Of a stretch of 64,000 nucleotides of DNA, positions 28,894 to 38,815 are shown piece after piece (position 1 is the stretch's first letter; each line of letters starts with the position of its first letter). The stretch is taken from assembly GCA_038231435.1 (NCBI GenBank), contig JBBRLJ010000002.1, positions 1 to 64,000 of the forward strand, written 5' to 3'. Both the position numbers and the translations under genes were made by a program. The notes beneath the pieces are model-generated. The model did not search any database. It worked only from the letters and a program-made list of their open reading frames with translations, and had not been told where the DNA came from. The DNA is from Planctomycetota bacterium. Its GTDB lineage: Bacteria; Planctomycetota; UBA11346.

Positions 28894-29132
28894 GCGAGCC
28901 TCGGGAATCAGTGACCGGGGAAGCATACCACAGAAAGCACATGGGGGCAGCCGGAACGGCCGCCTGGCTGCCTGCGCGCGGCTGGCTGTAAACGCAAGGC
29001 ATGTCTCCATAGTTATTTACAGATCAATGTCTGCTCCCGAGCGTGCGCACGTCGGCACCAGACGACGGGGCCGCGGCATGTCCGCGAGAACCGGACCTGC
29101 CCGGCGGGGCACCTAGACCAGCCGGTAGGCGC

Positions 29133-29984
29133 TCAGGCGGAGTACAACACCGGGGTCAGCGGCGTATCGATCACCCCGCCGATCGGCACGTCCGGGCAGA
29201 TCGAGCGCCGGTCGTTCTCCTGGCTCGGGGTCTGGGGCGCGGCGACGCGGGTGTCCATGTCCATGTAGATGATCGTCATCACCTTGCGGCAGCGGCCGGT
29301 GGTGTTGGGCCCGGCCCGGTGATAGGTCCAGCCAAGATGGAAGCTGACGTCGCCGCATGCGATCGGTTCCTCGCGGCAGCGGTAGCCACCCTCGCCGAGG
29401 CCGCGTGAGAGCACCTCCTCGCTCTCGTCGCTGATCGGCAGATGCCGCCCGCCGGTGTAGTCCTGGCTTCCCGATGCGAAGGCCACCGGACCCATCTCCA
29501 CCGGCGTGTCCTGCAGCGGAATCCACGCGGTGACGCAACGAGGGTTGTCGAGCGGCCAGTACTGCTGGTCGCAATGCCACGGCGTGTGTCCGCCCGAGGC
29601 CTCTTTGTACAGGGCCTGGTCGTGGTACAGCCGCACGCCGCGGCATCCCATGAGCTCGGCGGCCAGGCGGGCGAGGCGCGTCGAGCGCACGAAGCGTTCG
29701 ATCAGCTCGCTGTGCCGCCAGAGATTGCCGACCTGCAGGAAGGCGCGCTGGTAGGTATCGCGACTTTCCAGTGGCTGGTGCTGGTGGTTCAGCTCCATCA
29801 CCTTGGCGGTGAATTCGAGCTCGAATACCGCCAGCTCACTCGGGGTGAACACCTGCGGAACCGTCAGATGGCCATCGGTGGCGAAGCGTGCGATCAGGTC
29901 GCGCGACAGCGTGTACGCAGCGGCGAGATGGGCGACGTCATCCGTTGGATGGCAGGATGGCTCGAACGCGGCTTGGCTCTTCAT
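29133..29984 (-). CDS. PhyH-family Fe(II)/2OG dioxygenase
   Basis: TPWHCDQQYWP, TAWIPL, GDVSFHLGWTYHRAG; GGAG RBS. Confidence 0.92.
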   Translation of the reverse strand: MKSQAAFEPSCHPTDDVAHLAAAYTLSRDLIARFATDGHLTVPQVFTPSELAVFELEFTAKVMELNHQHQPLESRDTYQRAFLQVGNLWRHSELIERFVRSTRLARLAAELMGCRGVRLYHDQALYKEASGGHTPWHCDQQYWPLDNPRCVTAWIPLQDTPVEMGPVAFASGSQDYTGGRHLPISDESEEVLSRGLGEGGYRCREEPIACGDVSFHLGWTYHRAGPNTTGRCRKVMTIIYMDMDTRVAAPQTPSQENDRRSICPDVPIGGVIDTPLTPVLYSA

Positions 29985-30088
29985 GGATGCTCCAGCCTTC
30001 ATCATAACGCGGAGGCCTCGGCGACTACCGGGGTTGTTGCTTGGAACCGATACTTTTTTACCCCCGACCAGGCCCTAGCATCGGGCAC

Positions 30089-30952
30089 GTGAAACCAAGC
30101 CTCGAGCGCCTCGAACCCCCAGCGAACACCTCGTTCCGCTTCTTCGCGCTCGACGCGCCGAGCATCCCCTTCCGTTGGCATTACCACCGCGATCACGAGT
30201 TGACGCTCATCCATGCCGGATCAGGTCGGCGCTTCGTCGGCGACCGCATCGCGCACTACCGCGCGCCCGATCTCATCCTGCTCGGTCCCGAGCTGCCGCA
30301 CACCTGGCATGCCGAGGCCGCGCCCGGATCGCGACAGCGAGCGATCGTGGTGCAGTTCTCGGACGAACTGATCGCTCGCGTGACCTCGTTCCCAGAGATG
30401 CGCCGGGTACGCGCACTGCTGGCGCGCAGCCGACGCGGGCTCGCGTTCAGCGGTGGCACGCTCGACCGGGCGACGAGCTCACTGCTCGCCATGGAGGACA
30501 GATCGCCAGCGCGGCGCCTGCTGGCACTGCTGGCGCTGCTGCAGGATCTCGCCGAAGGAGCCGCCGCTGGCGAAGCTGACGAGATCGCCGGACCGCAGGC
30601 CTCGTCCCAGCTCGACGCCGATGCGGAGCGCCGCATCGACGCGGTACGTCGGCATATCGCCACGCACTACCGTTCGCCGCTCCCGCAGAGCGCGCTCGCC
30701 CGCCTCGCCGGAATGAGCGTCCCGGCTTTCAGCCGCTTCTTCCGCAGGGTCACCGGCCGCACCTTCGTCCGCTACCTGCGCGAACTGCGCATCGGCCATG
30801 CCCGCGACCTGCTCATCCGCACCGATTCACCGATCGGCGACATCTGCGCCGATGCAGGGTTCACCAACCTCTCGAACTTCAACCGCTGCTTCGTCGCGCT
30901 CACCGGCAAGACCCCGCGAGCGTTCAGGAAAGCCTTCTCGGGCGACGGATGA
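30089..30952 (+). CDS. AraC-family transcriptional regulator
   Basis: WHYHRDHEL cupin, LPHTW, GFTNLSNFNRCF. Confidence 0.92.
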   Translation: MKPSLERLEPPANTSFRFFALDAPSIPFRWHYHRDHELTLIHAGSGRRFVGDRIAHYRAPDLILLGPELPHTWHAEAAPGSRQRAIVVQFSDELIARVTSFPEMRRVRALLARSRRGLAFSGGTLDRATSSLLAMEDRSPARRLLALLALLQDLAEGAAAGEADEIAGPQASSQLDADAERRIDAVRRHIATHYRSPLPQSALARLAGMSVPAFSRFFRRVTGRTFVRYLRELRIGHARDLLIRTDSPIGDICADAGFTNLSNFNRCFVALTGKTPRAFRKAFSGDG

Positions 30953-31004
30953 TGAAGAGCGAGGGGCAGGACCGCGGCCGGCCATCTAGCTCAACATACC
31001 TTCC

Positions 31005-31232
31005 CTATTTCAACTTGTCGGTCGAACTCATCGCCGCGAACAGCTCGTGGCGCAGGGCGGCGAGCGTGGTGGACAAAGCCGCGGCGGCGGCCACGGCTTC
31101 CGGGTCCTGCGGGCGCGCGGCGAGCTTCTTCAGATCGGCGATGATCACCCCGATCTGCTCGCGCACCTGCATCAGCCGCAGATCGGCGGCGCTCTTCTCG
31201 AGGCGTTTCGTCGGAGCCGGATGATCGACCAT
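31005..31232 (-). CDS. Small helical hypothetical protein, paralog of 28672-28893
   Basis: Full-length similarity to the 28672-28893 product. Confidence 0.75.
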   Translation of the reverse strand: MVDHPAPTKRLEKSAADLRLMQVREQIGVIIADLKKLAARPQDPEAVAAAAALSTTLAALRHELFAAMSSTDKLK

Positions 31233-31561
31233 GCGCGCCACCTGTGGTTGCGACCTCTTCGATGTGGACTGATGCGGCCGATGCGGCCGATGCGAAATGT
31301 ACGCGGATCGGGCCGAGCCCGTGGCGACTGCTCGCTATGGGAAGCATACCACCGAATCATCCGCTCCGCGCGGGCCTGTAGCAGGAGTCCTAAGTCGTTG
31401 CCGGAGAGCGCCCTGCTTTCCAACCTGCTTGCCACCCTGTTTGCCACCGAAGATGGCGCTGAGGGAGCTGCGCCGTCCATCCCTCCCATCCCGAGAATTG
31501 CACCCATCGCTGCCGCGCACACACTCCGCCCCTCTCCCCGCCCCCCCTTCCAGGACATGCC

Positions 31562-32548
31562 ATGAACGTCTTCGCAGACAACTCCCTCTCCATCGGCCGC
31601 ACGCCGCTGGTGAAACTCAACCGCGTGGTGCCTGCCGGCGCGACGGTGTACGCCAAGATCGAAGGCCGCAATCCGGGGTACTCGGTGAAATGCCGCATCG
31701 GCGCGGCGATGATCTGGGACGCGGAGCAGAAGGGCCTGCTGAAGAAGGGCATCGAGATCGTAGAGCCTACCTCGGGCAACACCGGCATCGCGCTCGCCTT
31801 CGTCGCCGCCAGCCGCGGCTACAAGATCACCCTGACGATGCCCGAGAGCATGAGCGTCGAGCGCCGCAAGGTGCTCAAGGCCCTGGGGGCGCGCATCGTG
31901 CTCACTGAGAAGGCCAAGGGCATGAAGGCGGCGATCGCCAAGGCCGCCGAGATCCGCGATGCCGAGCCGGCGAAATACTGGATGCCGCAGCAGTTCGACA
32001 ATCCGGCGAACCCTGCGATCCACGAGAAGACCACCGGCCCCGAGATCTGGCAGGACACCGACGGCACCATCGACGTCTTCGTATCCGGCGTCGGCACCGG
32101 CGGCACCCTCACCGGCGTATCGCGCTTCATCAAGGGCACCAAGGGCAAGCACATCATCTCGGTCGCGGTCGAGCCGGCCGAGAGCCCGGTGATCAGCCAG
32201 ACCCTGGCCAAGCAGGAGCTCAAGCCGAGCCCGCATCCCATCCAAGGCATCGGCGCTGGCTTCGTGCCCAAGAATCTCGATCTCAGCCTGGTCGATCGTG
32301 TCGAGCTGGTAACGGCCGCGGAATCGTTGGAGATGGCGCGCCGGCTCGCCGCCGAGGAAGGCATCCTGTGCGGCGTCAGTTGCGGCGCCGCGGTGGTGGT
32401 GGCCGCGCGCCTGGCGGCGCTGCCCGAGTTCAAGGGCAAGACCATCGTCACCGTGCTGCCCGACGCGGGCGAGCGCTACTTGACCGGCCCACTGTTCGAG
32501 GGGGTGTTCCAGGGCGTGGCGGAGGCGAAGGCTGGCGACGCTATTTAG
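31562..32548 (+). CDS. cysK: Cysteine synthase A
   Basis: [18 protein letters not shown] (PLP Lys), [22 protein letters not shown]. Confidence 0.96.
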   Translation: MNVFADNSLSIGRTPLVKLNRVVPAGATVYAKIEGRNPGYSVKCRIGAAMIWDAEQKGLLKKGIEIVEPTSGNTGIALAFVAASRGYKITLTMPESMSVERRKVLKALGARIVLTEKAKGMKAAIAKAAEIRDAEPAKYWMPQQFDNPANPAIHEKTTGPEIWQDTDGTIDVFVSGVGTGGTLTGVSRFIKGTKGKHIISVAVEPAESPVISQTLAKQELKPSPHPIQGIGAGFVPKNLDLSLVDRVELVTAAESLEMARRLAAEEGILCGVSCGAAVVVAARLAALPEFKGKTIVTVLPDAGERYLTGPLFEGVFQGVAEAKAGDAI

Positions 32549-32852
32549 TCAGGGGCTTCGCCCCTACGGCCTGCGGCCTACCCCGCGCGGCTTTGTCGTG
32601 GCTCGTTTTCGCCGGGGGCCGGCGAAAACGTGGGCGGATCGGCTACGCCGATTGTATCCGCCCACCGCCACTCGGCGCCCGGTCGCTGGCGCTCCGGGTT
32701 AGTCAGGGGCTTCGCCCCTACGGCCTGCGGCCTACCCCGCGCGGCTTTGTCGTGGCTCGTTTTCGTCGGGGGCCGGCGAAAACGTGGGCGGATCGGCTAC
32801 GCCGATTGTATCCGCCCACCGCCACTCGGCGCCCGGTCGCTGGCGCTCCGGG
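32545..32852 (+). repeat. Two tandem 154-bp copies of a structured REP-like repeat (32545-32698, 32699-32852)
   Basis: Copies identical except one C/T seen in TTTTCG[C/T]CGG; multiple hairpins. Confidence 0.92.
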
Positions 32853-32980
32853 ATACCGGCCTGCGGCCGGTGGAGAGGGAGCAAAAAATACACCGTGGGA
32901 ATAGGATTCGCACCTGGGTCTGGACTGCGGTGCGTGCGCGCTTGAGGGCGTGAGCGTAGGATCGACGGCTGGAGCATCTC

Positions 32981-34285
32981 ATGAAGCGACTGCGACTGGC
33001 TGGCATCGGCTGCGGTGGACGGACCCTCACGTATTTCGGGCTCGGCGGCAAGATGCCGGATCGCTACGAGGTGGTGGCCGCGGCGGATCCGCTGCCCGAG
33101 CGCGTCGAACGGGCCCGCGTCGCGTCCAGGAATCCCGCCTTCCGCGGATTCGCGAGCGATAAGGAGCTATTGGCGCAGGACCGGCTCGCCGACGTCATGG
33201 TCATCGGCACCCAGGACGCCTACCACGTGCAGCCGTGCATCGCGGCGATGGAGAAGGGCTACGACATCCTGCTCGAGAAACCGATCGCGACCACCTTGGC
33301 CGACGTGCTGATGCTCGAGTCGGCGGCGAAGCGGCTGAAGCGGAAGGTCCTGGTCTGCCACGTGCTGAGGTACTCGCCGTTCTACCGCAAGGTGAAGGAG
33401 ATCGTCGCGAGCGGAGCGCTCGGCAAAGTCATCAGCCTGAACGCCACCGAGGGTGTCGGCGCTTGGCACCAGGCGCACTCGTTCGTGCGCGGCCACTGGA
33501 GCGTGACCGAGAAGGCCACGCCGATGATCATCGCCAAGAGCTGTCACGATCTGGACGTGATCTCATGGCTGATGGACGAGCCGTGCCAGTCGGTGGCGAG
33601 CTATGGCGAGCTCTCGCATTTCACCGCGGCAAACGCACCCGCGGGTGCGCCAGCGCGCTGCACCGACGGCTGCCCGGTGGCGGCCACCTGCCAGTACAAC
33701 GCCACGCTCTATGCCGCCAACCAGCGTGGTTGGCTCGCCCATGTCTACGATCAGGAGGCCGGCGCCAGCACCGAGCAGATCAACGCCTGGCTGGCTACGA
33801 GCCCCTGGGGCCGCTGCGTGTATCGCTGCGACAACACCGCGGTGGACCACCAGGTGGTGGCGATGCGCTTCGGCGGTGGCTCCACCGCGACCTTCACCAT
33901 GACCGCCTTCGACAGCGGACGCGATCTCGAGATCTACGGCACCAAAGGCCATCTGCGCGCCGGCGACAATTACCGCCAGCACACCGGAGCCGACATCCTG
34001 ATCAGCGAGCACGGCACGGGCAACGTCACCAAGTTCAATGTCAGCACCATGGTTGGAGGCTACGATGGCCACGGTGGCGGGGATTCGGGCCTGATGCTCG
34101 CGCTCCACGACGAGATGATGAAGGCCGATGCCGCCGACATGCACTCGTCGATCCACCGTTCGGTCGAGAGCCATCTCATCGGCTACGCCGCCGAGCACGC
34201 CCGCAAGACCGACACCGCGGTGGATCTCGCCACCTTCCGCAAGCTCCATGAAGGGATGCCGCTGGAAGCCAAGCAGGCCAGGTAG
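32981..34285 (+). CDS. Gfo/Idh/MocA-family oxidoreductase
   Basis: GIGCGGR, LLEKP, VCHVLRY, KSCHDLD, GHGGGD; GGAG RBS. Confidence 0.93.
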   Translation: MKRLRLAGIGCGGRTLTYFGLGGKMPDRYEVVAAADPLPERVERARVASRNPAFRGFASDKELLAQDRLADVMVIGTQDAYHVQPCIAAMEKGYDILLEKPIATTLADVLMLESAAKRLKRKVLVCHVLRYSPFYRKVKEIVASGALGKVISLNATEGVGAWHQAHSFVRGHWSVTEKATPMIIAKSCHDLDVISWLMDEPCQSVASYGELSHFTAANAPAGAPARCTDGCPVAATCQYNATLYAANQRGWLAHVYDQEAGASTEQINAWLATSPWGRCVYRCDNTAVDHQVVAMRFGGGSTATFTMTAFDSGRDLEIYGTKGHLRAGDNYRQHTGADILISEHGTGNVTKFNVSTMVGGYDGHGGGDSGLMLALHDEMMKADAADMHSSIHRSVESHLIGYAAEHARKTDTAVDLATFRKLHEGMPLEAKQAR

Positions 34286-34440
34286 CGGCGCGCGACGCAC
34301 GGGCCCTGGACATCAGATGTCGGGCCCTGATCCAAGGGCACGCGCCACCAGTACGCTGGCACGAGGATCGCACAGGTCCGCAGGAGCCCCGCACATTCCC
34401 GATGAGGTGTGTCCGCTATGCTGAAAAGCAGGAGCACGCC

Positions 34441-35202
34441 ATGACGATCATCGATGCCTCGGCAATATCGCGCTACCAGCGCGACGGCTACCTGGTGGTC
34501 GAGAATCTCTTCAGCGCTCCCGAGGTCGAGATCATGCTCGACGCGTGCGACGGCGGGCGCGTCGCCGCCACCGCCTGGGACGCCGCCGATGCCGATGGCC
34601 AGGCCGCGCGCCTCTCGCTGTGGTCGCAGCTCGGCGACGATGTGTGGGCCGCCGCCTCCACCTGCCCGCGCATCGTCGACTCGTTGCGCGCGCTGATGGG
34701 CGAGGAGCTGTCGTTCTTCCACGGCAAGGTCATCCACAAACCGGCCGGCTCCGGCGGCACCTTCGAATGGCACCAGGACTACGGTTACTGGTACGACCAG
34801 GGCTTCGTCTTTCCGCGCATGGCCAGCGCCTGGGTGGCGCTCGATCCCTCGACCCGCGCCAATGGCTGCCTCGAGGTGCTGCGCGGCTCGCATCGCCTCG
34901 GCCGCCTGAACCACAACGCCGTCGGCGGCCAGGCCGGCGCCGACGTCAAGCGCCTCGAGCAGATCCGCGCGCACTTCGAGCATGTCCACTGCGAGATGAC
35001 CCCCGGCTCAGCGCTGTTCTTCGACTGCAACCTCCTGCACGGCTCGGGACCGAACCACAGCGCGATGCACCGGCGTTCGTTCATCATGTGCTACAATGCG
35101 TTGGCGAATCCGTATCTCGTCCCGGGCTCGATCGTTGAGCAGGGAGCGTGCCCGGTGTCGGCTGACGATGCGATCCTGCGCCATGCGAGGGCACGGGCCT
35201 AG
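34441..35202 (+). CDS. PhyH-family Fe(II)/2OG dioxygenase
   Basis: YQRDGY, EWHQDYGYW, NGCLEVLRGSH, NLLHGSGPN; AGGAG RBS. Confidence 0.93.
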   Translation: MTIIDASAISRYQRDGYLVVENLFSAPEVEIMLDACDGGRVAATAWDAADADGQAARLSLWSQLGDDVWAAASTCPRIVDSLRALMGEELSFFHGKVIHKPAGSGGTFEWHQDYGYWYDQGFVFPRMASAWVALDPSTRANGCLEVLRGSHRLGRLNHNAVGGQAGADVKRLEQIRAHFEHVHCEMTPGSALFFDCNLLHGSGPNHSAMHRRSFIMCYNALANPYLVPGSIVEQGACPVSADDAILRHARARA

Positions 35203-35366
35203 AGCGGAGCTCGGACTTAGAGCGGAGAGCGTCCCCAAGGGCACGTCGCGGGGGGAAGACATCCCTTTACTAGCCGCACGGGGCCGCCGCAGCGAGCATC
35301 CCGACAGCGGGAACGGGTGGAATGGAACGTCCTCGGATCAGGGGACCTCTCCCAGGGGAGACCGCC

Positions 35367-36236
35367 ATGCCCCTGTCCGCACTGATCGCCGCGACCCTGG
35401 TGTTCTCATCGCTGGCCGCACAGGCCGAGGACCTCGCGGGCAAGCGCCTGCATCTCGCCGACGGCAGGATCCTGGAAGGGAGATACGACGAGGCCACTGG
35501 CCAGATGCGGCTCGCTGGACCCGGTGATGCGGTGATAGCGGTGGCCCAGGCCGAAATCGCCTCGAGCGAGAACATCGTGCTGGTGCAGCCGACCCCGAAC
35601 ACCGACGACAAAGCCACCCGAAAACTGAAGGGCGAGCGATCGGGAATCATCGTCGTGCTGCGACAGCTCGAGGCCAGGTTGGGACCCCATCCCGAAGCGG
35701 AGCTCGACACCTGGGGCGCGCGACTCGCTGAAGTGCCGAAGCGCATCGCCAGCGGCGAAGCCCGCCTCGACACGCTATGCGATGCCCGCGACGAGTACCG
35801 TCGGCAGATCGCACTGAAGGAAACCACCACCGCGACCACGGCGGCGAGCGACTCGACCACGATCGCGCGCGCTCGCGAACGGGTGGTCGGGGTCGCGGAC
35901 CCGGTCATGCAAGCCGGCATGGATGCGACCTATCGCGTGGCGGTCGATACCATCGAACGCCGCTCGGTGGTAGCCGTCGCGGTCGAGGAGGTCACGCTCG
36001 ACGCCGCGCGCGCCGAGCTCGCGCGCCTCGACGCCCAGGTCGAGGATGTGCGTCACGCCCTCACCGAGCTCCACGCGTACGCCGATCACCTCGCGGCCCG
36101 CGTCGTGGCGACGAGTGCCGATCGCGTCCTGCGCGATCGCTACCGCGCGCGCCTGCTCGAACTCGATGGGCTGCTCGGAACGCGAACGTTGGACCAGGCA
36201 GTGGACTCGGTCCAGCACGAGCCTGCCCCGCATTGA
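35367..36236 (+). CDS. Hypothetical secreted protein (small beta domain + coiled coil)
   Basis: Signal peptide ending AQA, LHLADGRILEGRYDE, heptad-rich remainder; GGAG RBS. Confidence 0.7.
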   Translation: MPLSALIAATLVFSSLAAQAEDLAGKRLHLADGRILEGRYDEATGQMRLAGPGDAVIAVAQAEIASSENIVLVQPTPNTDDKATRKLKGERSGIIVVLRQLEARLGPHPEAELDTWGARLAEVPKRIASGEARLDTLCDARDEYRRQIALKETTTATTAASDSTTIARARERVVGVADPVMQAGMDATYRVAVDTIERRSVVAVAVEEVTLDAARAELARLDAQVEDVRHALTELHAYADHLAARVVATSADRVLRDRYRARLLELDGLLGTRTLDQAVDSVQHEPAPH

Positions 36237-36269
36237 GTGGGCAGACATCCCTCTGGGATCACCCGTGAT

Positions 36270-37088
36270 TCACGCCACTCCGGACGCCATGGGACCGGCT
36301 TGATCCGGGATGCTCGGAGTCGGAGTCGGCGCCTCCTCGGGCACGATCGCATCCCGCCCGACCCTCGCCTTGCAGAACGGGCAGTGCATGCCCAGGCGCA
36401 CGATGATCTTCAGCAATGACGGTCTGCGGAAGAGGCGGTCGCAGCGCGGACAGGCGAGGATGGTGCCGGGCTCGGCGATCACCGAGGAATTCCCGTGGCG
36501 AATGAGGACGCGGCGCGGTCCGCTCGCGCGCGGTGTTGGAGCCGGGGCAGGTTCAGCGGCTTGCGACACCGCCGCGGGCGTTTCGGGCGGACGATCCGCC
36601 AGCAGCTCCTTCGTGTCCATGCGCTTGGTGTAGCCGAAACGCTGGATGTGTGCGATCACCGGGCTGAGGAAACGCCGGCCGATGATCAGGCGACGATCGA
36701 TGGCATCGAGATTCACGCTCGCACTGATCGCGAAGCTGAGCTTCTCGGCATTCGGGATATGCCAGCCGAGATCGCCGTACTCATCGAGGAAGTCCAGGAT
36801 CAGGCGCATGCGGTGCTGGGTGTCGGCGTCGGGCTTGCCGCCGGCCGCTCCGCCGCGGCCGCCGACGCGCGTCAGCAGCTCCTCGGCCTCGCGCGCGGCG
36901 TGATCGAGCTTCCGGCAGTCGTAGCCTTCCATGCGCTCGATGTGCTCGGGCAGGAAGATCTGCACCGCGTGCTCGCGGCGCAGGCGCAGCGCCTCGCGGT
37001 AGACGGCGAGGATGTGCTGGACGCCGCCGAGCTGCGCGGTGGCCAGCGAGGCGACACGCAGCAGCTGGTCGGTCGTATCGGCACCCAT
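36270..37088 (-). CDS. Hypothetical protein with C-terminal zinc ribbon
   Basis: Helical N-domain, Pro/Ala linker, CPRC...CPFC. Confidence 0.7.
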   Translation of the reverse strand: MGADTTDQLLRVASLATAQLGGVQHILAVYREALRLRREHAVQIFLPEHIERMEGYDCRKLDHAAREAEELLTRVGGRGGAAGGKPDADTQHRMRLILDFLDEYGDLGWHIPNAEKLSFAISASVNLDAIDRRLIIGRRFLSPVIAHIQRFGYTKRMDTKELLADRPPETPAAVSQAAEPAPAPTPRASGPRRVLIRHGNSSVIAEPGTILACPRCDRLFRRPSLLKIIVRLGMHCPFCKARVGRDAIVPEEAPTPTPSIPDQAGPMASGVA

Positions 37089-37206
37089 GGCGATCAACGG
37101 TGCGCCGTTTCCTTCGTGACGCCCGCGGAAAATGCCACCTTGGAACTGTCCAGATCGGCGGAAAAGCTGGCAACGGCGCGGCCGTTCGGGGGTATGAGGC
37201 AGCGCC

Positions 37207-37848
37207 TCACTTCGACCGCACGCGTTCGATTCGTTCGCGTCCGTCCAGCCGCCGGAGCTCCTCGGCCCGGCGGTTGTCCTCAAGGCGCTGGCGATCCTCC
37301 ATCCGCTGCAGCAGTTCGAACTGGCGTATGCGCTCTTCGCGGGCCTCCGCTTCGCGGCGCGCGATGGCGGCGAGCTCGCGTTCACGCTGCTCGCGCAGGT
37401 CGCGCTCATGGGCCTGGACCAGGGCCTGCTCCGCTGCGGCCTTCTGGGTCTCGCGCCGGCGCTGTTCGGCGATGGCGGCGAGGCGGGCAGCGCTTTCCGC
37501 CTCGAGCCGCGCTTGTTCGGCCGCCGCTTGTTTGGCTTTCGCCTCCGCGGCTCGGCGTTCAGCCCGTTGCGGCTCGCCCGCCAGCCAGGCCTGCTCGGCC
37601 CGATCGATACGCAGCTGGGCGTCGCCCAGTTCCTGCTGCGCCTCGTCATCGGTGACGGGTGAGCGCGCAAGGATGCGCGCGGGAGGCACCGTGGCGCGGC
37701 AGACGCCATCGGGCGTACGGATGGCCAGCACGTGCGACGACTCGTCGTAGGTCCCGATGACGATGTGATCACCGGCAAGGGTGAATCGCTCCATGTCGGC
37801 GCCGGACAATCTCGCGACCAGTGCCAAAGCCAGGACCAGAACGCGCAT
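37207..37848 (-). CDS. Hypothetical secreted protein (small beta domain + charged coiled coil)
   Basis: Signal peptide; FTLAGDHIVIGTYDE; long E/R/A-rich helix. Confidence 0.7.
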   Translation of the reverse strand: MRVLVLALALVARLSGADMERFTLAGDHIVIGTYDESSHVLAIRTPDGVCRATVPPARILARSPVTDDEAQQELGDAQLRIDRAEQAWLAGEPQRAERRAAEAKAKQAAAEQARLEAESAARLAAIAEQRRRETQKAAAEQALVQAHERDLREQRERELAAIARREAEAREERIRQFELLQRMEDRQRLEDNRRAEELRRLDGRERIERVRSK

Positions 37849-38093
37849 CGGAGTCCCCCGCGAGGAAGGTCTCGGCTGCCATGCCCGTTCCGGGTCCCCT
37901 GAGCGGCCAAGGCCTCGTCGCTCATGGACTACCCTCCGCCGGTGTCGGCGTTGGGGCACCTTCAGCAGCCTAGATAGAGCAGCCTCGAAGAGCCGTCTCG
38001 AGGCGCTGATGCCGCCTCAGCCTGGAACTCGGTCGTCTCGCCGAGGCGCAGTCGGCGACGTAGGTTAGACTCGGCGCATCGGTGGAGGGATAC

Positions 38094-38297
38094 GTGAACA
38101 CGGATGCCCTCACGCGAGGCAGACGAGGGCTCCTGGCGGGAAAGGCCCTTGGCGCCAACCCGTTAGAGCGGGATACGGTGTCGTGGCATGGCTGGAGGAA
38201 TGGCTGGGGGGAGGCACGGATCGTTCGCCGGGGGCGGTCGTCGAGACCGCGCGATCAGGGCGGCCCTTCGCCACTCTTCGCCACTCTTCGCCAATGA
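38094..38297 (+). CDS. Small protein with RMF/CrpP-like motif
   Basis: GGAGG then GTG; ALTRGRRGLLAG...NPL...WRNGWGEA matches the G-x6-G...P...W-x2-GW-x2-A pattern of RMF. Confidence 0.55.
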   Translation: MNTDALTRGRRGLLAGKALGANPLERDTVSWHGWRNGWGEARIVRRGRSSRPRDQGGPSPLFATLRQ

Positions 38298-38368
38298 GCG
38301 CCAATGAGCACCACTTAAGCCGCCCATTGGGAAGTCCCCATTGCCGCCGAGAGGCACCGCAGCGCCAA

Positions 38369-38605
38369 TCAGACGACGATGGAAATACCCTTCTCGGCGA
38401 ACTCATTCTCCATCGCCATCTCCTTGAGACGGATGCGATCCTGGAACGACAAGCCCGAGAGGCGGATGGGATGTCCACCGGCGATCGACTGGATGGCGCG
38501 GCTGAGTTCGTCATTCACGGCGGCGAGTGCGAGCAGGCGTAGCTCGCCACGAGAGATGCTTCCGGCGACGACATGCCTGGCGGCCACGGTTGCGACATCG
38601 GTCAT
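38369..38605 (-). CDS. Small hypothetical protein (78 aa)
   Basis: GAGGAG RBS before ATG; natural composition. Confidence 0.6.
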   Translation of the reverse strand: MTDVATVAARHVVAGSISRGELRLLALAAVNDELSRAIQSIAGGHPIRLSGLSFQDRIRLKEMAMENEFAEKGISIVV

Positions 38606-38815
38606 GGGTTGCTCCTCAACCCCTGTTGTACCAGAATAGACCTCGTATCAATGGTACCGGATCGCAGCAGTCTGCCTCATTGGCTGGATATGGGGTGGAA
38701 ATCGCTGGGAATCGCACAAATACAATCGCTCGCGGCCAATCTGGGCGTCGGGCATCTGCCGAGCCGTGCTCATTTTATCCTTGAGACCCCCCATCGTTGC
38801 GCGGACAACCCCAGC

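Noticed and set aside
32545..32852. CRISPR array
   Set aside because: The units are 154 bp, directly adjacent, with no unique spacers; no cas genes are in the window
32368..32977. ORFs spanning the tandem repeat (32368-32904, 32630-32953, 32732-32977)
   Set aside because: They are translations of palindromic repeat DNA; the same applies to the ORFs over 41177-41513 and 55665-56140
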